From Haliotis rufescens (taxonomy: Eukaryota): a stretch of 64,000 nucleotides of DNA. Of this stretch, positions 10,401-23,180 are shown piece by piece (positions within the stretch are counted from its first letter, which is position 1; every line of letters starts with the position of its first letter). The position numbers and the translations under genes are program-made. A model generated the notes under the pieces. It had not been told where the DNA came from, ran no database searches, and was given only the letters and a program-made list of their open reading frames with translations. Location: contig NW_025963902.1 in the NCBI RefSeq assembly GCF_023055435.1, forward strand, positions 6,386,001 to 6,450,000, given 5' to 3'.

Positions 10401-13400
10401 CAGCGGTAAATCATTTTCATACGAAGGTGTACCAGTCATGAATGCTGATTTTGTGACATGTGCGATAGTCCAATCATATTTAGCACAGGAAAGTGGGCTT
10501 GATGTGGCAAGAGTGAAAACAAGACTTTGAAAATAAGGCTAGTGGACGCTCTTGCCTCGGGAAGATGTTAAAGCATTGGGTCGTCACGCTGCAGACCTGG
10601 GTTCGCTTCCCTACAAGGGTACAATGTGTGAAGCCCATTTCTAGTGTCCCCTGCGTGATAGTGCTGGAATATGGCTAAAAGCGGACCCTGGGGGGATTCT
10701 GGGCTAGAATTGTCTTCGGCAAACTATTCTGGTTGTACAAGGCATCTTACGGATGGCCTGGAGCCCATTGTCAATCTAGGGCCAGATGTTGTAATTAGTG
10801 CCTTGTGTGGAACGGACCCATTATCATGATTATCTCCAGGATGGTAGGATTATCATCAACTGTAATTACGCAACAAAGTGCCAGTAACTAGATAACCAGA
10901 GAGATATTAGACTAGTGGGTAAAGCGTTGGCTGGTAAAACTTAAGTGTTGGGTTGATTTCTCACTCAGGAAATAATGTGTCCTTGGTCATGATATGTTTG
11001 GAAAGTTGCTAGAGTGGCTTATAACTCACTCACTTTTAATCCCCTGCCGTGGAGAAGTGCTGGGTTGGAGTCACTACTCAGCTCAACTTTTAGTCCTGAA
11101 TTAGTGACAATCTAGAAGGATTAGCTGTGTTTCCCGAACCCAAACCCTACTTATGTTTCTTTAACCACAGCCCAAAATAGGTGGTGTCTTGTTGCACTCC
11201 ACTAGGATTGATGATGTATTACATGCTTCTTAAGAACATACCCTATGGTCATGATGGTTACCGGTAGTTGTATTGTTTCTGAATTTTATACAATGTTATA
11301 TGATATTTTTCATTTTGAACAAATTACCATAATTACTTCTGGCACCTTACTTATGTTTTTTTTTCTCAGTTTATTATTTACTTTAGGACTTATGCAGCCC
11401 TCTAGTTGGTGATGATTTGGCACCAATGATTTATCATTAAGTCACCACATTTACGATGGTGTACCTCATGTCAAACACAAGTCTTTCACCCCCATTTTGT
11501 TTGTCGGTTTGTCTCATCATACCTGTGCTCATGGATTTCACCGAGGTGGTAAACGTCTGAGACCTGCATCACATCAGGCTTTCCTCCCCCATTACGCTGA
11601 TGCTGTGATATACCGTATTCGACATAATAAGCGCCCAGGGCGCTCTCAAAATTAGAAATAGGGGTCTCTTATAAGAATAATATTTTGGTAAAAAAAACAG
11701 TTGAAAAATATATTTCATGGTTTATGCTGACAACCTGAAATGTTTATGTATGACAGATTTTCCAGAATTTAATTGCCCATAATTAAGGGTGCATATAACA
11801 CACAAGTGCATGCGAATAAATAAGTCTTGTGTCCATTGATCAATCGGAAGGGGTGCTAATCGGGATTGTTCACTAGCCAATATCTTTGCAAATGTTGCCG
11901 TGGGCGCTTATTAGAGGGGGGCACTTATTGCGTTGAATACGGTAGCTGGGATACTGTTTAAAGTGGTGTTAAACCCAATTCACTCACTCACTCAAACACA
12001 AATCCTGTGCAAATATATGTAAGGTAATAATGCATTTAAAGATTGATTTGGATTTCATTTTGAATTCGGCTCCTTTGGAAACTGTTGGCTTTGGTCGTTG
12101 AGGTCTCCTAATGGTTTGAATGATTTTGTGTTTGTTTTTTTAGATTGATGTTCAAGATGCCTCATGTGAATGAGGTGGACATCTGGACACTGCTGTGGAT
12201 AGTCCTACTGACTGACTACATCATCAAGTTCTCCACAGTCATACTGAAGTCATTTATTGCCATGGTGCCTCTCCAGTGTCTGCCCCACAAAAGGAGGGTG
12301 GGTATTCAACTACTACACATAGAGCTGGGGCGGTCGGGTAGCCTAGTGGTTAAAGCGTTCGCTCGTCACGCCGAAGACCCGGGTTCGAATCCCGACATGG
12401 GTACAATGTGTGAAGCCCATTTCTGGTGTCCCCCGCCGTGATATTGCTGGAATATTGCTAAAAGCGGCGTAAAACCAAACTCACTCCCTCACTCACTCAC
12501 TACACATAGCACTAATGTCAAGGACTGTTCCACAAAGCGATCTTAGCTTTAAGGTGATCGTAACTCCCATACTTTAACATAGATTTACGACAGTCATAGT
12601 GCTGTGATTGCTTTGTGGAACGGGACCCTGTAGACTACTGCTCAAAAGCGCTTTTGGTCTGAGTAATGTCACGACAGACAAAGCGATCAAGTCTCTACAC
12701 TTCATAGGCCTACTCAAAAAGTTTTCAGTTTCCTCTTAAACATGTTAAAGCTTGCAAGTTCCTGAATTGAGTGAAAATGCAAAGATAGATTATTCCACAG
12801 ATTTGAGACCACTGTCTGAAAAGTTCTGTCACCAAATGTGTTGGTCCCTGATGGAGACCCTTATTTTGATCTCAAGATAACACAAGGACTTTTCAGCCAG
12901 GAGTCAGTATGCTGTGTATATGCACATTGCTTTATCAGTGGAATAACGCAACGTTAAACCCTGTTTTACCTCTCACCTCAGGCTTGTTCAACTATGTACA
13001 CCAAACATTGACCCATGAAGATCTGGGTTAGAATAAGTCTTCAACAACCCATGCTTGCCGTAAAAGGCGACTGCTTGTCCTAAGAGGTGACAAATGGGAT
13101 CGGGTGGTCAGGTTCGCTGACTTGGTTGATACATGTCATTGTATCCCATATCCTATTTGACGTCAGTCACTGGATTGTTTGGTCCAGACTCGTTTTTGTA
13201 CAGACAGCCGTCATATAGCTTGAATATTGCTGAGTGCGGTGTTAAACAACACACAAACAAACAAACACTAAACATTGACCAGTTGTTAGACATAAGGCTT
13301 ATAAAAATAATAGAATTGGTTCTCTGGCAATGGCTTGAAAATATAGTGTGGGGCGGGCAGTGGTTGTTTTTTTTTGTTGCTTGTTCAAACTAGTATGTAA

Positions 13401-16400
13401 CAAAATAAACAGTTGTAAAACATCAACCTGGGAAAGGGCCTCCCTCCATGAACAAGCATACAAACTCCTATTGCTTCCATGTCCATGTTAAAGGGAAGTA
13501 ACTGTGTGCTGTTTTGGATCACATTGTTTTTAAGCATTAGGATTTTTTTATTTCTTTGAAAAGGGAAATAAAAATGAAACATGCGGCAGACTTTATGATG
13601 ATGCGGGTGGTGCCTGAGAACCAAGATAATTCTTTTTTTAAGCCTAATATATATCAATAGTTTCTGCAGTCTGTGGGCCAAAGAAAGACTGATGCAAGAC
13701 TAGGTCAGAGGTACTTTAATCAGATGTCCAAGGAAGGTAAAAATCAAAGCTACTTTAATTAGTAAGCCAACATGTTAAAGTTAGGTTTGTTTTAAGTGTA
13801 GGTTACTTACCAATATGGGCCAGGGAAAGGCTAGTTTCAAGTGTAGGTTACTTTAACATGTTTAAAATAAAAACGCTGGGGCACTTGGGTAGCCTAGTGG
13901 TTAAAGCGTTCGCTGGTCACGCTGAAGTCCAGGGTTCGATTCCCAACATGGGTACAATGTGTGAACCCCATTTCTGGTTTTCCCCGCTGTAATATTGCTA
14001 AAAGCGACGTAAAAATGTACTAACTCACAACTGTATCCCAATTGCGTGGATCAATGCTCCTGATGTCAATCACTGGATTGTCTGGTCCAGACTCGATTAT
14101 ATACAGACCACCGTCATATAGCTGGAATATTGCTGAGTGCGGCGTTAAGCAACAAACAAACAAAGTAATTAACTCACTCAATTACTAAAAAAGAGGGCAA
14201 CTTTCCACAGCATGTCAAAGCTGTATGGTCCAAAGATAAGCTAGATTCATGAACAACTGATGCCTGCATTCAATCAGTAAATATAGATGTGTAAAGATAA
14301 TCAGGTATGCTGGCCAAAAAGTCTACATTGTGTTATTATGCACAGTGTTGTTAAACTTTCGGGGTTTAGAAATCTTTCATGCATATTTGTACATAAGCAG
14401 CTCAAAATAAATTGGGTTATGGTAATTTATTTTGTGTACAAATAGGCAGCTTATCTGGTGCCTAGGAGATAAGTATCCTTTGATACAAACAGTTTTAGCT
14501 CATTCTTAATAATAACCGTTTGTTTTTTCAGGGCAAATATTTTATGTTTGTGGAGCACGTGTCTCAGTGTTACCGTCACCTTATACCCATAATTCCTTGG
14601 ATACACTTCCTGTCTGATGATCAGCAGTCAGCTCGCTGGTTTTCCATCTTGTGTGTCATTGTATACGGCGTCTTCAAACTTAGCATTCTTTGGGGACTGT
14701 GGTGTGAGCTAGTCAAAGCCTTCAACAGACTCCGTGTTCAAGCAGTGAGTATGATTTGTGTCAATATTGACAATGTTAAGAGATTCATTTTTTCGCTCGT
14801 CCTCACAAACCATCTGCTAGAGTTTGTGAAAGTGATATTCTAGAACGAAATGTCACAATATTCTAGTCTCAGACTTGCAAACTTATGATATTTTCTAACC
14901 CATATGACATGCATAAAATGAAAAGATTTTGTAGATGTTGTTTCAGTTGAGTATATTACAGTACTTACAGTAACCATGGAATATCATGAAAAGATACAAA
15001 AGGATTGGCTGAAAAGGACGTTTGCCATTTTCAAATAGTTTGACCAGCAGATGAAGACATCACCAGTCTATAAAAAACTGTGCATTTGTCCCAGAAGCCT
15101 GATCATTGATTGGAATCCAATATGATTCTTGGTTTGTCAGCACCATGCCCGGGCTTCAGTTTTACAAAACTGGTAAACACCTTTGACCTGCATCACTTTG
15201 GGCTTTCCTCCCATAGTAATATGCAATGATACGACCAAAATACTGGTCAAAACACACTCACTCATCACGTTTTCAACCTCGAAGTTCACACTAGTCTGCC
15301 AGCCCGTGACTACTGTATTTGACATGATAAGCACCCCGCTCGAATAAGCGATGGTCAGATTGGTTCGGATTCTTATAAAGAGGCAGCCATCATATAGTTG
15401 GATATGGCTGTGGGCACTGATTAACAAACAAATCAGGTCTTCAGAAACTGATCTGTAAAATCAGTTAATTTAACAATTGCTTCCATGTTTACAGAATTTT
15501 GGTGTGAAACCTACGCCAAGTGAGTTGAAGAATCGAGGAGAACATTGTCCAATATGCCAGGATGATTATAAGGAGCCGGTCATGCTTACATGTAAAGTAA
15601 GTTGGTTTTTGTTGAACACACTGGTAGTTACTTTTACAAGAATATGCTTCACAAAAAAAAAAAATGTTTTTTATTGATATTTTTCTCACCAGATTTTATG
15701 GACAATCAAGTACAATTAGAAAGTATTAAATATTTGAAATGAATCGGCTGGAATGCAGGCTTGAATTGTTTTCATCCGTCTTGGAAAGCCAGACATCTGT
15801 TCAGAGTGGTGGCACGGGTGGCCCAGTCATCTAAGGCACCGCGATTCGCTGAGCAGAGTTGCGTCCCTTGGGCACGCCAGAAACCTATGATTGTGGGTTC
15901 GAATCCCGGTTCGCCCCGATTATGTTTCTAGGTTTGTCAGCACCATACCCGGGCTTGTGGGTTTCACCGAATTGGTAAACGTTTGAGACCTGCATCACTT
16001 CGGGCTTTCCTCCCACATTAAGCTGACACGCCGCGATATAACTGGAATAATGTTAAAAGTGGTGTTAAACCCAACTCACTCACTCACTCACTGTTCAGAG
16101 TTTAAAAATATAAATTCATTTCATGTTTTTAATAAATATTTGTCCCATTATTTCTTATGCTTATGTGCAAGGTAAAGTTTTGATACTGTCCATGTATAGG
16201 AACTGGCACTATTGGCAAGAAATTACAAGGATTAACACTGATTAATATGTACCATATCCATGGTTCCATTTCAAGCTGTTTCAGTGTATCATTTACCCTT
16301 AATAATGGCTGTATCCTTTTCTTCACATAGTACCTGTGCTAAAGAAGAGTTTAAGACAGTGTTCATTATTTTGAATTTGTACTGTATGTAACAACTAAAA

Positions 16401-16926
16401 GTTTCGAAGATCTGGGGTAGAATAGGTCTTCAGCAACCTATGCTTGTTGTAAAAGGTGATGAACAGGATCGGGTGGTCAGGCTCGCTGACTTGGTTGATG
16501 TAGGTCATTGATCCCAATTGCGTGGATCAATGCTCGTGATATCAATCACTGGATTGTCTGGTCCAGACTGGATTTTTTACAGAGATCGCCATCATATAGC
16601 TAGAATATTGCTGATTGTGGCGTTAAACAACAAACAAACAAACAAACAAACAAACACCTACCCCTGGAACTTTATTTTCAATTGTGCAGAAGCTATTACA
16701 GTTTGTCTCATGTTATTTTAGTTGTTTGATGATGTATATGATTCAATTTGAGATGAATATTTCCTGTCTATATTCTGATATGTTGTATTTTCAGCATGTA
16801 TTCTGTGAAGACTGTGTGTCACTGTGGTTTGACCGAGAACGAACTTGTCCCATGTGTCGGGCCCAGATTACAGACAATCCCCATTTCCAGGACGGGAGTA
16901 CAAGTTTCCATCTGCAGTGGTATTAA
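6906..16926 (+). CDS. RNFT2: RING finger and transmembrane domain protein (RNFT1/RNFT2 family E3 ligase), coding exons 6906-7455, 7740-7825, 9887-9996, 12144-12297, 14532-14744, 15495-15596, 16795-16926; ~448 aa
   Basis: Low-complexity His-rich N-terminus and several TM segments ([23 protein letters not shown]; [14 protein letters not shown]; [19 protein letters not shown]). C-terminal C3HC4 [43 protein letters not shown] ends [11 protein letters not shown]. Introns are GT-AG and in phase. The start may lie upstream (open acceptor at 6876). Likely co-orthologue of vertebrate RNFT1 and RNFT2. Confidence 0.9.
7740..7825 (+). CDS. RNFT2: RNFT coding exon B
   Basis: ttttcag|[29 protein letters not shown]|gtaag. 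Confidence 0.9.
8598..8942 (-). mobile_element. SINE family D
   Basis: Reverse complement of the 42818 copy; TSD tattagaaat. Confidence 0.75.
9096..9362 (+). mobile_element. SINE-like retroposon family B (~265 bp, non-tRNA head, (AAAC)n tail)
   Basis: cccgtgaag.tcc.ggttagaataggtcttcagcaacccatgcttg...atagctggaatattgctgagtgcggcgttaaacaacaaacaaac; TSD atgtcatcc; more than 15 copies or fragments in the window. Confidence 0.88.
9646..9818 (+). mobile_element. tRNA-derived SINE family A (~165 bp, (ACTC)n tail)
   Basis: A box tagcctagtggtt, B box ggttcgattcc, shared tail; ~17-bp TSD actca(c/t)gccaatttcta. Confidence 0.9.
9887..9996 (+). CDS. RNFT2: RNFT coding exon C
   Basis: tgacag|[38 protein letters not shown]|gtaag. 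Confidence 0.9.
10079..10567 (+). mobile_element. Non-autonomous DNA transposon (AcademH-like MITE) with RecQ-helicase stub, inserted in a family A SINE
   Basis: Long imperfect TIRs catcttc.cgaggcaagagcgtccactag; 9-bp TSD tcaaagcat/ttaaagcat; internal MAATIGDDL...(frameshift)...[21 protein letters not shown] resembles RecQ motif I. Confidence 0.75.
11613..11942. mobile_element. Same CCGTATTC MITE, inserted at a TA inside a family C SINE
   Basis: SINE tail gtgata|ta...ta|gctgg is split by the MITE. Confidence 0.88.
12144..12297 (+). CDS. RNFT2: RNFT coding exon D
   Basis: ttttag|A LMFKMPH...LPHKRR|gtgggt. Confidence 0.9.
12327..12500 (+). mobile_element. SINE family A
   Basis: Near-consensus; TSD ctacacatag. 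Confidence 0.9.
12519..12630. mobile_element. Short MITE (gttccacaaagc...gctttgtggaac)
   Basis: Inverted termini about 110 bp apart. Confidence 0.55.
13010..13267 (+). mobile_element. Family B retroposon
   Basis: TSD aaacattgacc. Confidence 0.85.
13293..13646. mobile_element. MITE with aggctt.aaaaa...ggttctc TIRs (copy 1)
   Basis: Full-length similarity to 20644-21022; inverted termini. Confidence 0.7.
13878..14028 (+). mobile_element. SINE family A
   Basis: Similarity to the 9646 copy. Confidence 0.8.
14532..14744 (+). CDS. RNFT2: RNFT coding exon E
   Basis: ttttcag|GKYFMFVEH...RLRVQA|gtgagt. Confidence 0.9.
15495..15596 (+). CDS. RNFT2: RNFT coding exon F (RING N-half)
   Basis: ttacag|NFGVKP...[17 protein letters not shown]|gtaag. 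Confidence 0.92.
15808..16090 (+). mobile_element. tRNA-derived SINE family C (~280 bp, long A-B box spacing, (ACTC)n tail)
   Basis: A box tggcccagtc, B box ggttcgaatcc, body ...tttcctcccacattaagctgac, shared tail; TSD ctgttcagagt. Confidence 0.88.
16405..16656 (+). mobile_element. Family B retroposon
   Basis: Similarity; long (AAAC)n tail. Confidence 0.85.
16795..16926 (+). CDS. RNFT2: RNFT coding exon G (RING C-half, stop)
   Basis: ttttcag|[22 protein letters not shown]...QWY*. Confidence 0.92.
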   Translation, partial: HVFCEDCVSLWFDRERTCPMCRAQITDNPHFQDGSTSFHLQWY

Positions 16927-17216
16927 TACCTCCTTAGTGGTATCCATACCAATGATGCTCAGTCTTTGTCATAGTCTCAACATATTGCCACTGAGTGACG
17001 TCTCCAGAATATTGCTGATGTTGCTGTTTAATATATTTATTCCGACGGAGAGAATTGTGATCAGTTGCTTTTGTTAATGACCACTGAAGTTTTTATTGCT
17101 GATGTCAGCAATGTTACAGCTATATTATGGCACCTGTAAATAATCAAGTCTGGCCGAGAAAGCCATTACCTTGATTATCTGTATTTTATGTATTCCTTCT
17201 GTTGTGATATGTACCC

Positions 17217-17739
17217 CATCTTTCCGGGGCAAGAGAGTTGACTGACTTTAAAAGTCCAGTTTCCACCCTTGCCGAACTAGGCTGGTATTATGGAGTAACA
17301 TTTTGGCTGGACTAACGAGTGTATGCATAGTCCAATCAAATTCGAGCAACGAAATCGAAATCTGGTTCGTAAACTGTTGTGCAGATTTCGGTCGATTGCA
17401 GGATTTGCAAAGCATGTGTACGTCAACAGATATTTTCCAAATCTTTTCATGTTTTAATCAAGATGCTCACGTGATTTGATGCACCTCGCGTTTTATCACA
17501 ATATAGATTTTGATAATCGATCAGATCGTCTTGACTGGGTGCCGCCATTTTGTTTGAATCAAATGCAAGTGATACGAGTGGAAGCTGATTGGTCCATAGG
17601 AGCGGTTTAGAAGGGACATTACTTGTGATAACCACTGGTGGCGCTACGATCGAGCCCAGGAATTCCAGCCTAGTTTGGCAAGGGTGGAAACTGGACTTTT
17701 AAAGTCAGTTACCGGTAACTCTCTTGCCTTGGAAAGATG
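17217..17739 (-). mobile_element. AcademH-like MITE related to 10079-10567
   Basis: TIRs catctttcc..ggcaagagagtt..aaagtccagtttccacccttgcc; 9-bp TSD tatgtaccc/tatataccc; internal MAAPSQDDLID stub. Confidence 0.72.
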
Positions 17740-20643
17740 TATATACCCCTGACGCTCCATCATAGCTTTGTGTCATTACCATCTGTCCAATCCAAGGATT
17801 TATCGAGACCTGCGAAGAGGCCGAAATTTTACCCAAAGTCTACAGCAAATGTCAGTAAAAACTCCCAAATTGGAATTACAAATTTCCCAATTCATTTAAA
17901 TATAGTAATGGCTAGTATTATGCTTTTGTAGGGGTGACATGTATTTCACTGACCGATTGAGCCAAATAACAATATTTTCCTTAATGACCTATAAGGGCAC
18001 TTAATTTGGGCTACTGGATAAATCATCGGAGTAATTTGATTGGATGGCTTTTATTATCGTTGTATCATTTGAATGGGGTGCAAACTAAGCTGTGATTGTG
18101 AATGGGTCGAGGGTATGTATCACAATAGAATGGAGATAACCAGTGATTGATAGCATGAGTAACAATCTACTACCACCTCGGTTTGGTCGGTCTTCCTGCA
18201 AGTATTGCGGACTGTGGTGATGTCCAGCCCTGGAAACCCGACAGAGGACAGCTGAGTTTGTTGTGTATGTATTCATGGTAACCGTGGTAACAGTTTCTTC
18301 TTGCTCTCAGCTGGACTGGTGTTCTGATGACTATTTCTAGATCAGTATTTGATGCCATGTAGTTTGTCATTCCTACAGTGTTCATTTTGAACATTTTGTT
18401 GAAATTTGGAATCTTTAGATTAGCTTGTGTTACATTTGTGCAAGTCAGCCGGCACTAGATAATATCCTAGGAATTGCAGCCTCAGAAATATGTTTTTTTT
18501 TAGTACTAGTGTACAATTTCTGCATAGTCCCCAGAGTTTTCCTACTTGAACCAGACAAAAATGTTTACTATGTTTACATTTTCTTTCAGTTTTATTCAGT
18601 TCCAATTAGTAACAAAATTGAGCATTGAGAACTGGTTTAAAATTATACTACAGCCCTCAAATTCTATTCATCCGTTAGGTCTACGATCTTTGGAAGTTTC
18701 GATTCCCGACATGGGTACAATGTGTGAAGCCCATTTCTGGTGTCCCCCGCCGTGATATTGCTGGAATATTGCTAAAAGCGGCGTAAAACCATATTCACTC
18801 ACTTACTCTTTGGAAGTTTACTTGACCTCAGCACATTTTAGTAGTCGAGGCAGAGGACTAGCATGAATTTCACAGACTGGAATTTAATTTGGTGGTTCAC
18901 TCAAAATGGATGATGTTCAAGTCATCAAGATACCGGTATATATGAAATATAGACATTACATCATGAAAGTATTCATTATATTAATTATATCAAAACAACC
19001 TGTATGTACTTGCACAGTGTATTTATAATGGCATAACTGGTCAGGTATCATGTTATTACTGTAATACGTCTTGACTTAAAGCTGCTGTTGAACGGTGCCA
19101 GGGTTTTACATGATTGCACTCTGTACATATAAAAACTACAAATGGATGCCAATATACCAACGACAGTCCTATTCCCGGGAGTCGTGAGGACTCATTTAGA
19201 CTAAGGTAAATCTCTGGATCTTTTAGGTTGCATGCAGACATTAATTTGATTAAAGTTGGATTAGCATTAACTGACTTCCCTCAATGTGATGGTATGAATT
19301 TTCTGAGGTCCAATTGTGTTTGCTCAAAACAAGTGTTCCAGTGAGTGAATATGACTTGCATAATTATCCTGTTGTTTGTACATTTGAACTATTCTAGCAA
19401 CAGAATTAGGGAATGCTTCGAATGAAACTGATTGTATTGGATAGTGTCACATTTTGGTTAAATTCAAATTTCCTTTGCAAACACATGTTGTGTCGACACA
19501 TGGGTATCGGTCGAGTCCGTGTAGACAACTTTTGTCATGGTGTGCCTAAGAATAATAACCGCTATTCCACAAGGGCCGTAACCTTCATGAAAACAAGAAA
19601 TGGAGAACTGCAGTAGAGCGTTGATATTATTGTTCACATGCCCCTTGAAATTTGGTTAGGTCCTACAATTTTTTTAAAAATTTACCACAGATGGCTTGAT
19701 AGTTCCAATGTTTCTGGAATAATATAATTCTGGATAATATGCAAATGTTAAATATGGGTTATTTGCGGATGTTTCCTACAGTGATGAATACAGTTGGGTA
19801 GCAAGTGAAACAATGAGTCAATCGGTTACCTGAAACACAAGTATTTTAGTGGGGGGACTATGTCAGAAAGAGTAATTTCCCAATGGATGTGTGTTGGCAA
19901 ACTGGTGGTGTTAAATTGTAACATAAAAGTAGGTATGTTCTCTGATCTGATTGGTTAAAAAGAGTTGTCGAATGAGCATAACATCACTGAATTTTTTGGG
20001 TCTCATCACCGTGTATGTATACATTAATTAATGGAACTATTTTTGAAATCATCAACATGATTAAATTAAGAACATCTCAGTTCATTTCAAGAGTGACTTG
20101 ATTAAAAATATGGCTACAAAATGCCCAGCATGCATCAGTAATCATGTCAAAAGAAATGCTGAAACCAAGCTGAAATGTTTAGAATATGATTTGCATTTTT
20201 TTTTCTGATAATCATCTGCAGAAATCCGCTCCAATTTTCAAGAGCAGCAATATTGAAAACATTACTTTGACTTCTAATCGATATCACAACTTGAATTTAA
20301 TGATTATAGTTAAACACAATATGTCCTGGTTGTAGTGTTTAATATACATTTCAAAACTAGGGTATGGTATTGTCATGGTAACGGGGATGTTGTGCATCAC
20401 TTATTTGAAGTGCATACATTTTCCAAGATGGTAAATAGTTTATATTTTTTTCTAATGTTTGCCTGTTTGTCTTGTAAATAATCGTGTAAATTTACTGTAC
20501 TGTATATTTAACTTCTTGAGACTGTTTCAAGTCAACTTGATTTGTTATTTTCATATCTCATCAAAGCATATCTCACAAATAGTACAGTTGTGTAAACATC
20601 AATATGTGTTTAGGTGAAAGAGTATGCTGCATCAGTGTCTGTT

Positions 20644-21022
20644 TAAGCTTAAAAAAATTAAAGAACTGGTTCTCAGGCAATGACTTGAAAATATAGTGTG
20701 GGCGGGCGATGTTTTTTTGTGTGGCTTGTTCAAACTAGTATGTAACCAAATAAACAGTTGTGTACCATCAACCTGGGAAAGGGCCTCCCTACATAAACAA
20801 GCATACAAACTCCTATTGGCGCCATGTTCATAGCATGAGATGCACAGTAAAGCAGTGCACATGTAAACGGAAGTAACTGTGTGCTTTATTGGATTGCATT
20901 GTGTTCAAGGATGAGGATTTTAAAATTTTTTTTGTAAATGGAAATAAAAACGAAACGTGTGATGGACTTTATTGTGGTGCAGGCGGTGCCTGAGAACCAA
21001 GACTATTATTTTTTTTAACCTT
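20644..21022. mobile_element. MITE (copy 2 of the 13293 family)
   Basis: Same internal sequence and inverted ends. Confidence 0.7.
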
Positions 21023-21405
21023 ATGAGTTATATCATAAAACCCAGTGGAAGACTGCACATTTTGATAATCCAAGGCTGTACCAGACCTTATTAACCAAAC
21101 TGCTTAGAGAAAAATAAATCTTCAAATTTTGTATTAATGGTGCTCATATCACAGACAGATGTTTCAATCATTACTTGTTGACATTCAGTGAAAACCTGCT
21201 CATTACTGATCTTGCAAATAAGCTTTCCATAAAATACACCCCCACAAAATTAAACGTCTATCTTCGTATAATTGTTGATAAAAAAGTGACACTGGAAAAA
21301 ATGTGGTTGGGGGAGGACTGAAGTATTTCATTTGGAAGATAGCATCATTCGGATATTTCTACAGTGGATATGATATCTCATTGACTAATCCCTAATTTTG
21401 TATTA

Positions 21406-21750
21406 CCGTATTCGACGTAATAAGCGCCCAGGGCACTCTCAAAATTAGAAATAGGGGGCTCTTATTAGAATATAATTTTGGTGAAATAGTTGAAAGATCG
21501 TAAATTGTGTGGTTTATGCCGACACCCTGAAATGATACAAAAGAAACTCTGTGTGTATTATACACGACAGATATATTTTTCAGGAATTTTATTGCCCGTA
21601 ATCAAGGTTGCATATTACACACGATTGCGTACTATACACGAATAAATAAGCCTTGTGTACATAGATCAATCGGAAGGGTGCCAATTGGGATTGTTCACTA
21701 GCCAGTATATGAGCAAATATCGCCATGGGCGCTTATTACGTCGAATACGG
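21406..21750. mobile_element. Same CCGTATTC MITE
   Basis: ccgtattcgacgtaataagcgccca...gggcgcttattacgtcgaatacgg, TA flanks. Confidence 0.88.
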
Positions 21751-22694
21751 TATTTGTTGTCTTTACCTTCGACAAACATGAGGAGGAGAGATATTTTGTT
21801 AAGGATAATGTACAAATAACTGGACATTTGTTACAAATAATGAGTAAGGCTGGCGAGTATCATTGTCATTATGTACGCACATGTTATCAGACACAATATA
21901 CAGCATCAGAGTAACAAATACTTCATAATGAAATGTAAAATACAGCCTGAAAGGTAAAATAAATCAATAAATACATTTTAAAAATATAACACATTTCATT
22001 TTATTTCATGAGTACATTTGTAACACATGAGAATCTTAAACTTTGTGCTTCGATATACGTGCTCTATTTGAACTAGCCCGTATATTCGTACTGTACATGC
22101 ATTTTATGCGATTAGATCGTTGTAGCCAGTACATGTGTTATGCACAAGCTTGGAATTAGTGCATGAACTAAAAATTAGCATTGCAGAAAGTAGGCCAGTT
22201 AGCTGTCAGTGTTACACATAATCTACAGTGAAATCACAGTGATGTCATGGCTGCCCTTAAGTCAACTACAAAGCTAGCTTAACATTTTTAGACAGTAATT
22301 AAGTGGTAATTTACTAAGATCTCATTGATCAAGGCATCGTCATTCCTGTGCGATTTTCCCGATTTGTATATTTCTGCTTCATCAAAAATTCCCAATTATG
22401 TTTCTAGGTTTGTCAGCACCATACCCGTGCTCGTGGGTTTCACCGAAGTGGTAAACGTCTGAGACCTGCATCACATCGTGCTTTCCTCCCACATTAAGCT
22501 GACACGCCGTGATATAACTGGAATACTGTTAAAAGTGGCGTTAAACCCAACTCACTCACTCACTCACTCATCAAATATTTGCTTCAGGGTATTTCTTATT
22601 TTATATGTAACTGAACTTGACAGTAATTGTCCAGGGAGCATGGTTTCCAGAGTCTGGATCTAGGTGATTTTACTGTGCTGCATCCTCTGTCGCC

Positions 22695-23180
22695 AGGGCA
22701 AGCATTTCGGTAAACCTACCCTAACCCCTGGATCCATTCCAGTGATCCATTGCAATCGGCAATCACTCACCCTTGAGTTCCTTTAGCATTTTACTGAATA
22801 ATCAGTCATCGACGAAAGTGAAAGCGTTAGGGAGGTAACTCGTATTATCTAAAAACCAAAGCCACTGCCAGATTTTATGGACATGAAGACATCATTTCCA
22901 TCAAAAAGATTTTTGAGGGCTTTCTTTTGCGTGTCAGTCCTATTTTTCAATGTTGAAAGACTCGCAAACTCCATCATAATCAATGCTACTGGTCCCCATG
23001 TGGTTGATATTGTCAACCGAACATTGAGGCTGGTTTGTAGCACGTATTCTGATTGGTCTGTTAGACCTAGTAGCGTAGCCAATCAATTTTGCAAATATAA
23101 ATCAAGGGTGGGTAAGATTGTGAGAACCAGGGGAGTGGATCCAGGGGTTGGTGTAGGTTTACGGGACTGATAGCCCTGGA
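22695..23180 (-). mobile_element. TIR element with RecQ-helicase stub
   Basis: Inverted ends aacccctggatccattcc/ggagtggatccaggggtt; ORF QKKALKNLFDGNDVFMSIKSGSG; exact ends uncertain. Confidence 0.6.

Noticed and set aside
12327-12400. Additional tRNA genes in SINE heads (also 9646, 42818, 62893)
   Set aside because: They have A/B boxes but no proper acceptor stem or terminator, and run into a SINE body, tail and TSD.
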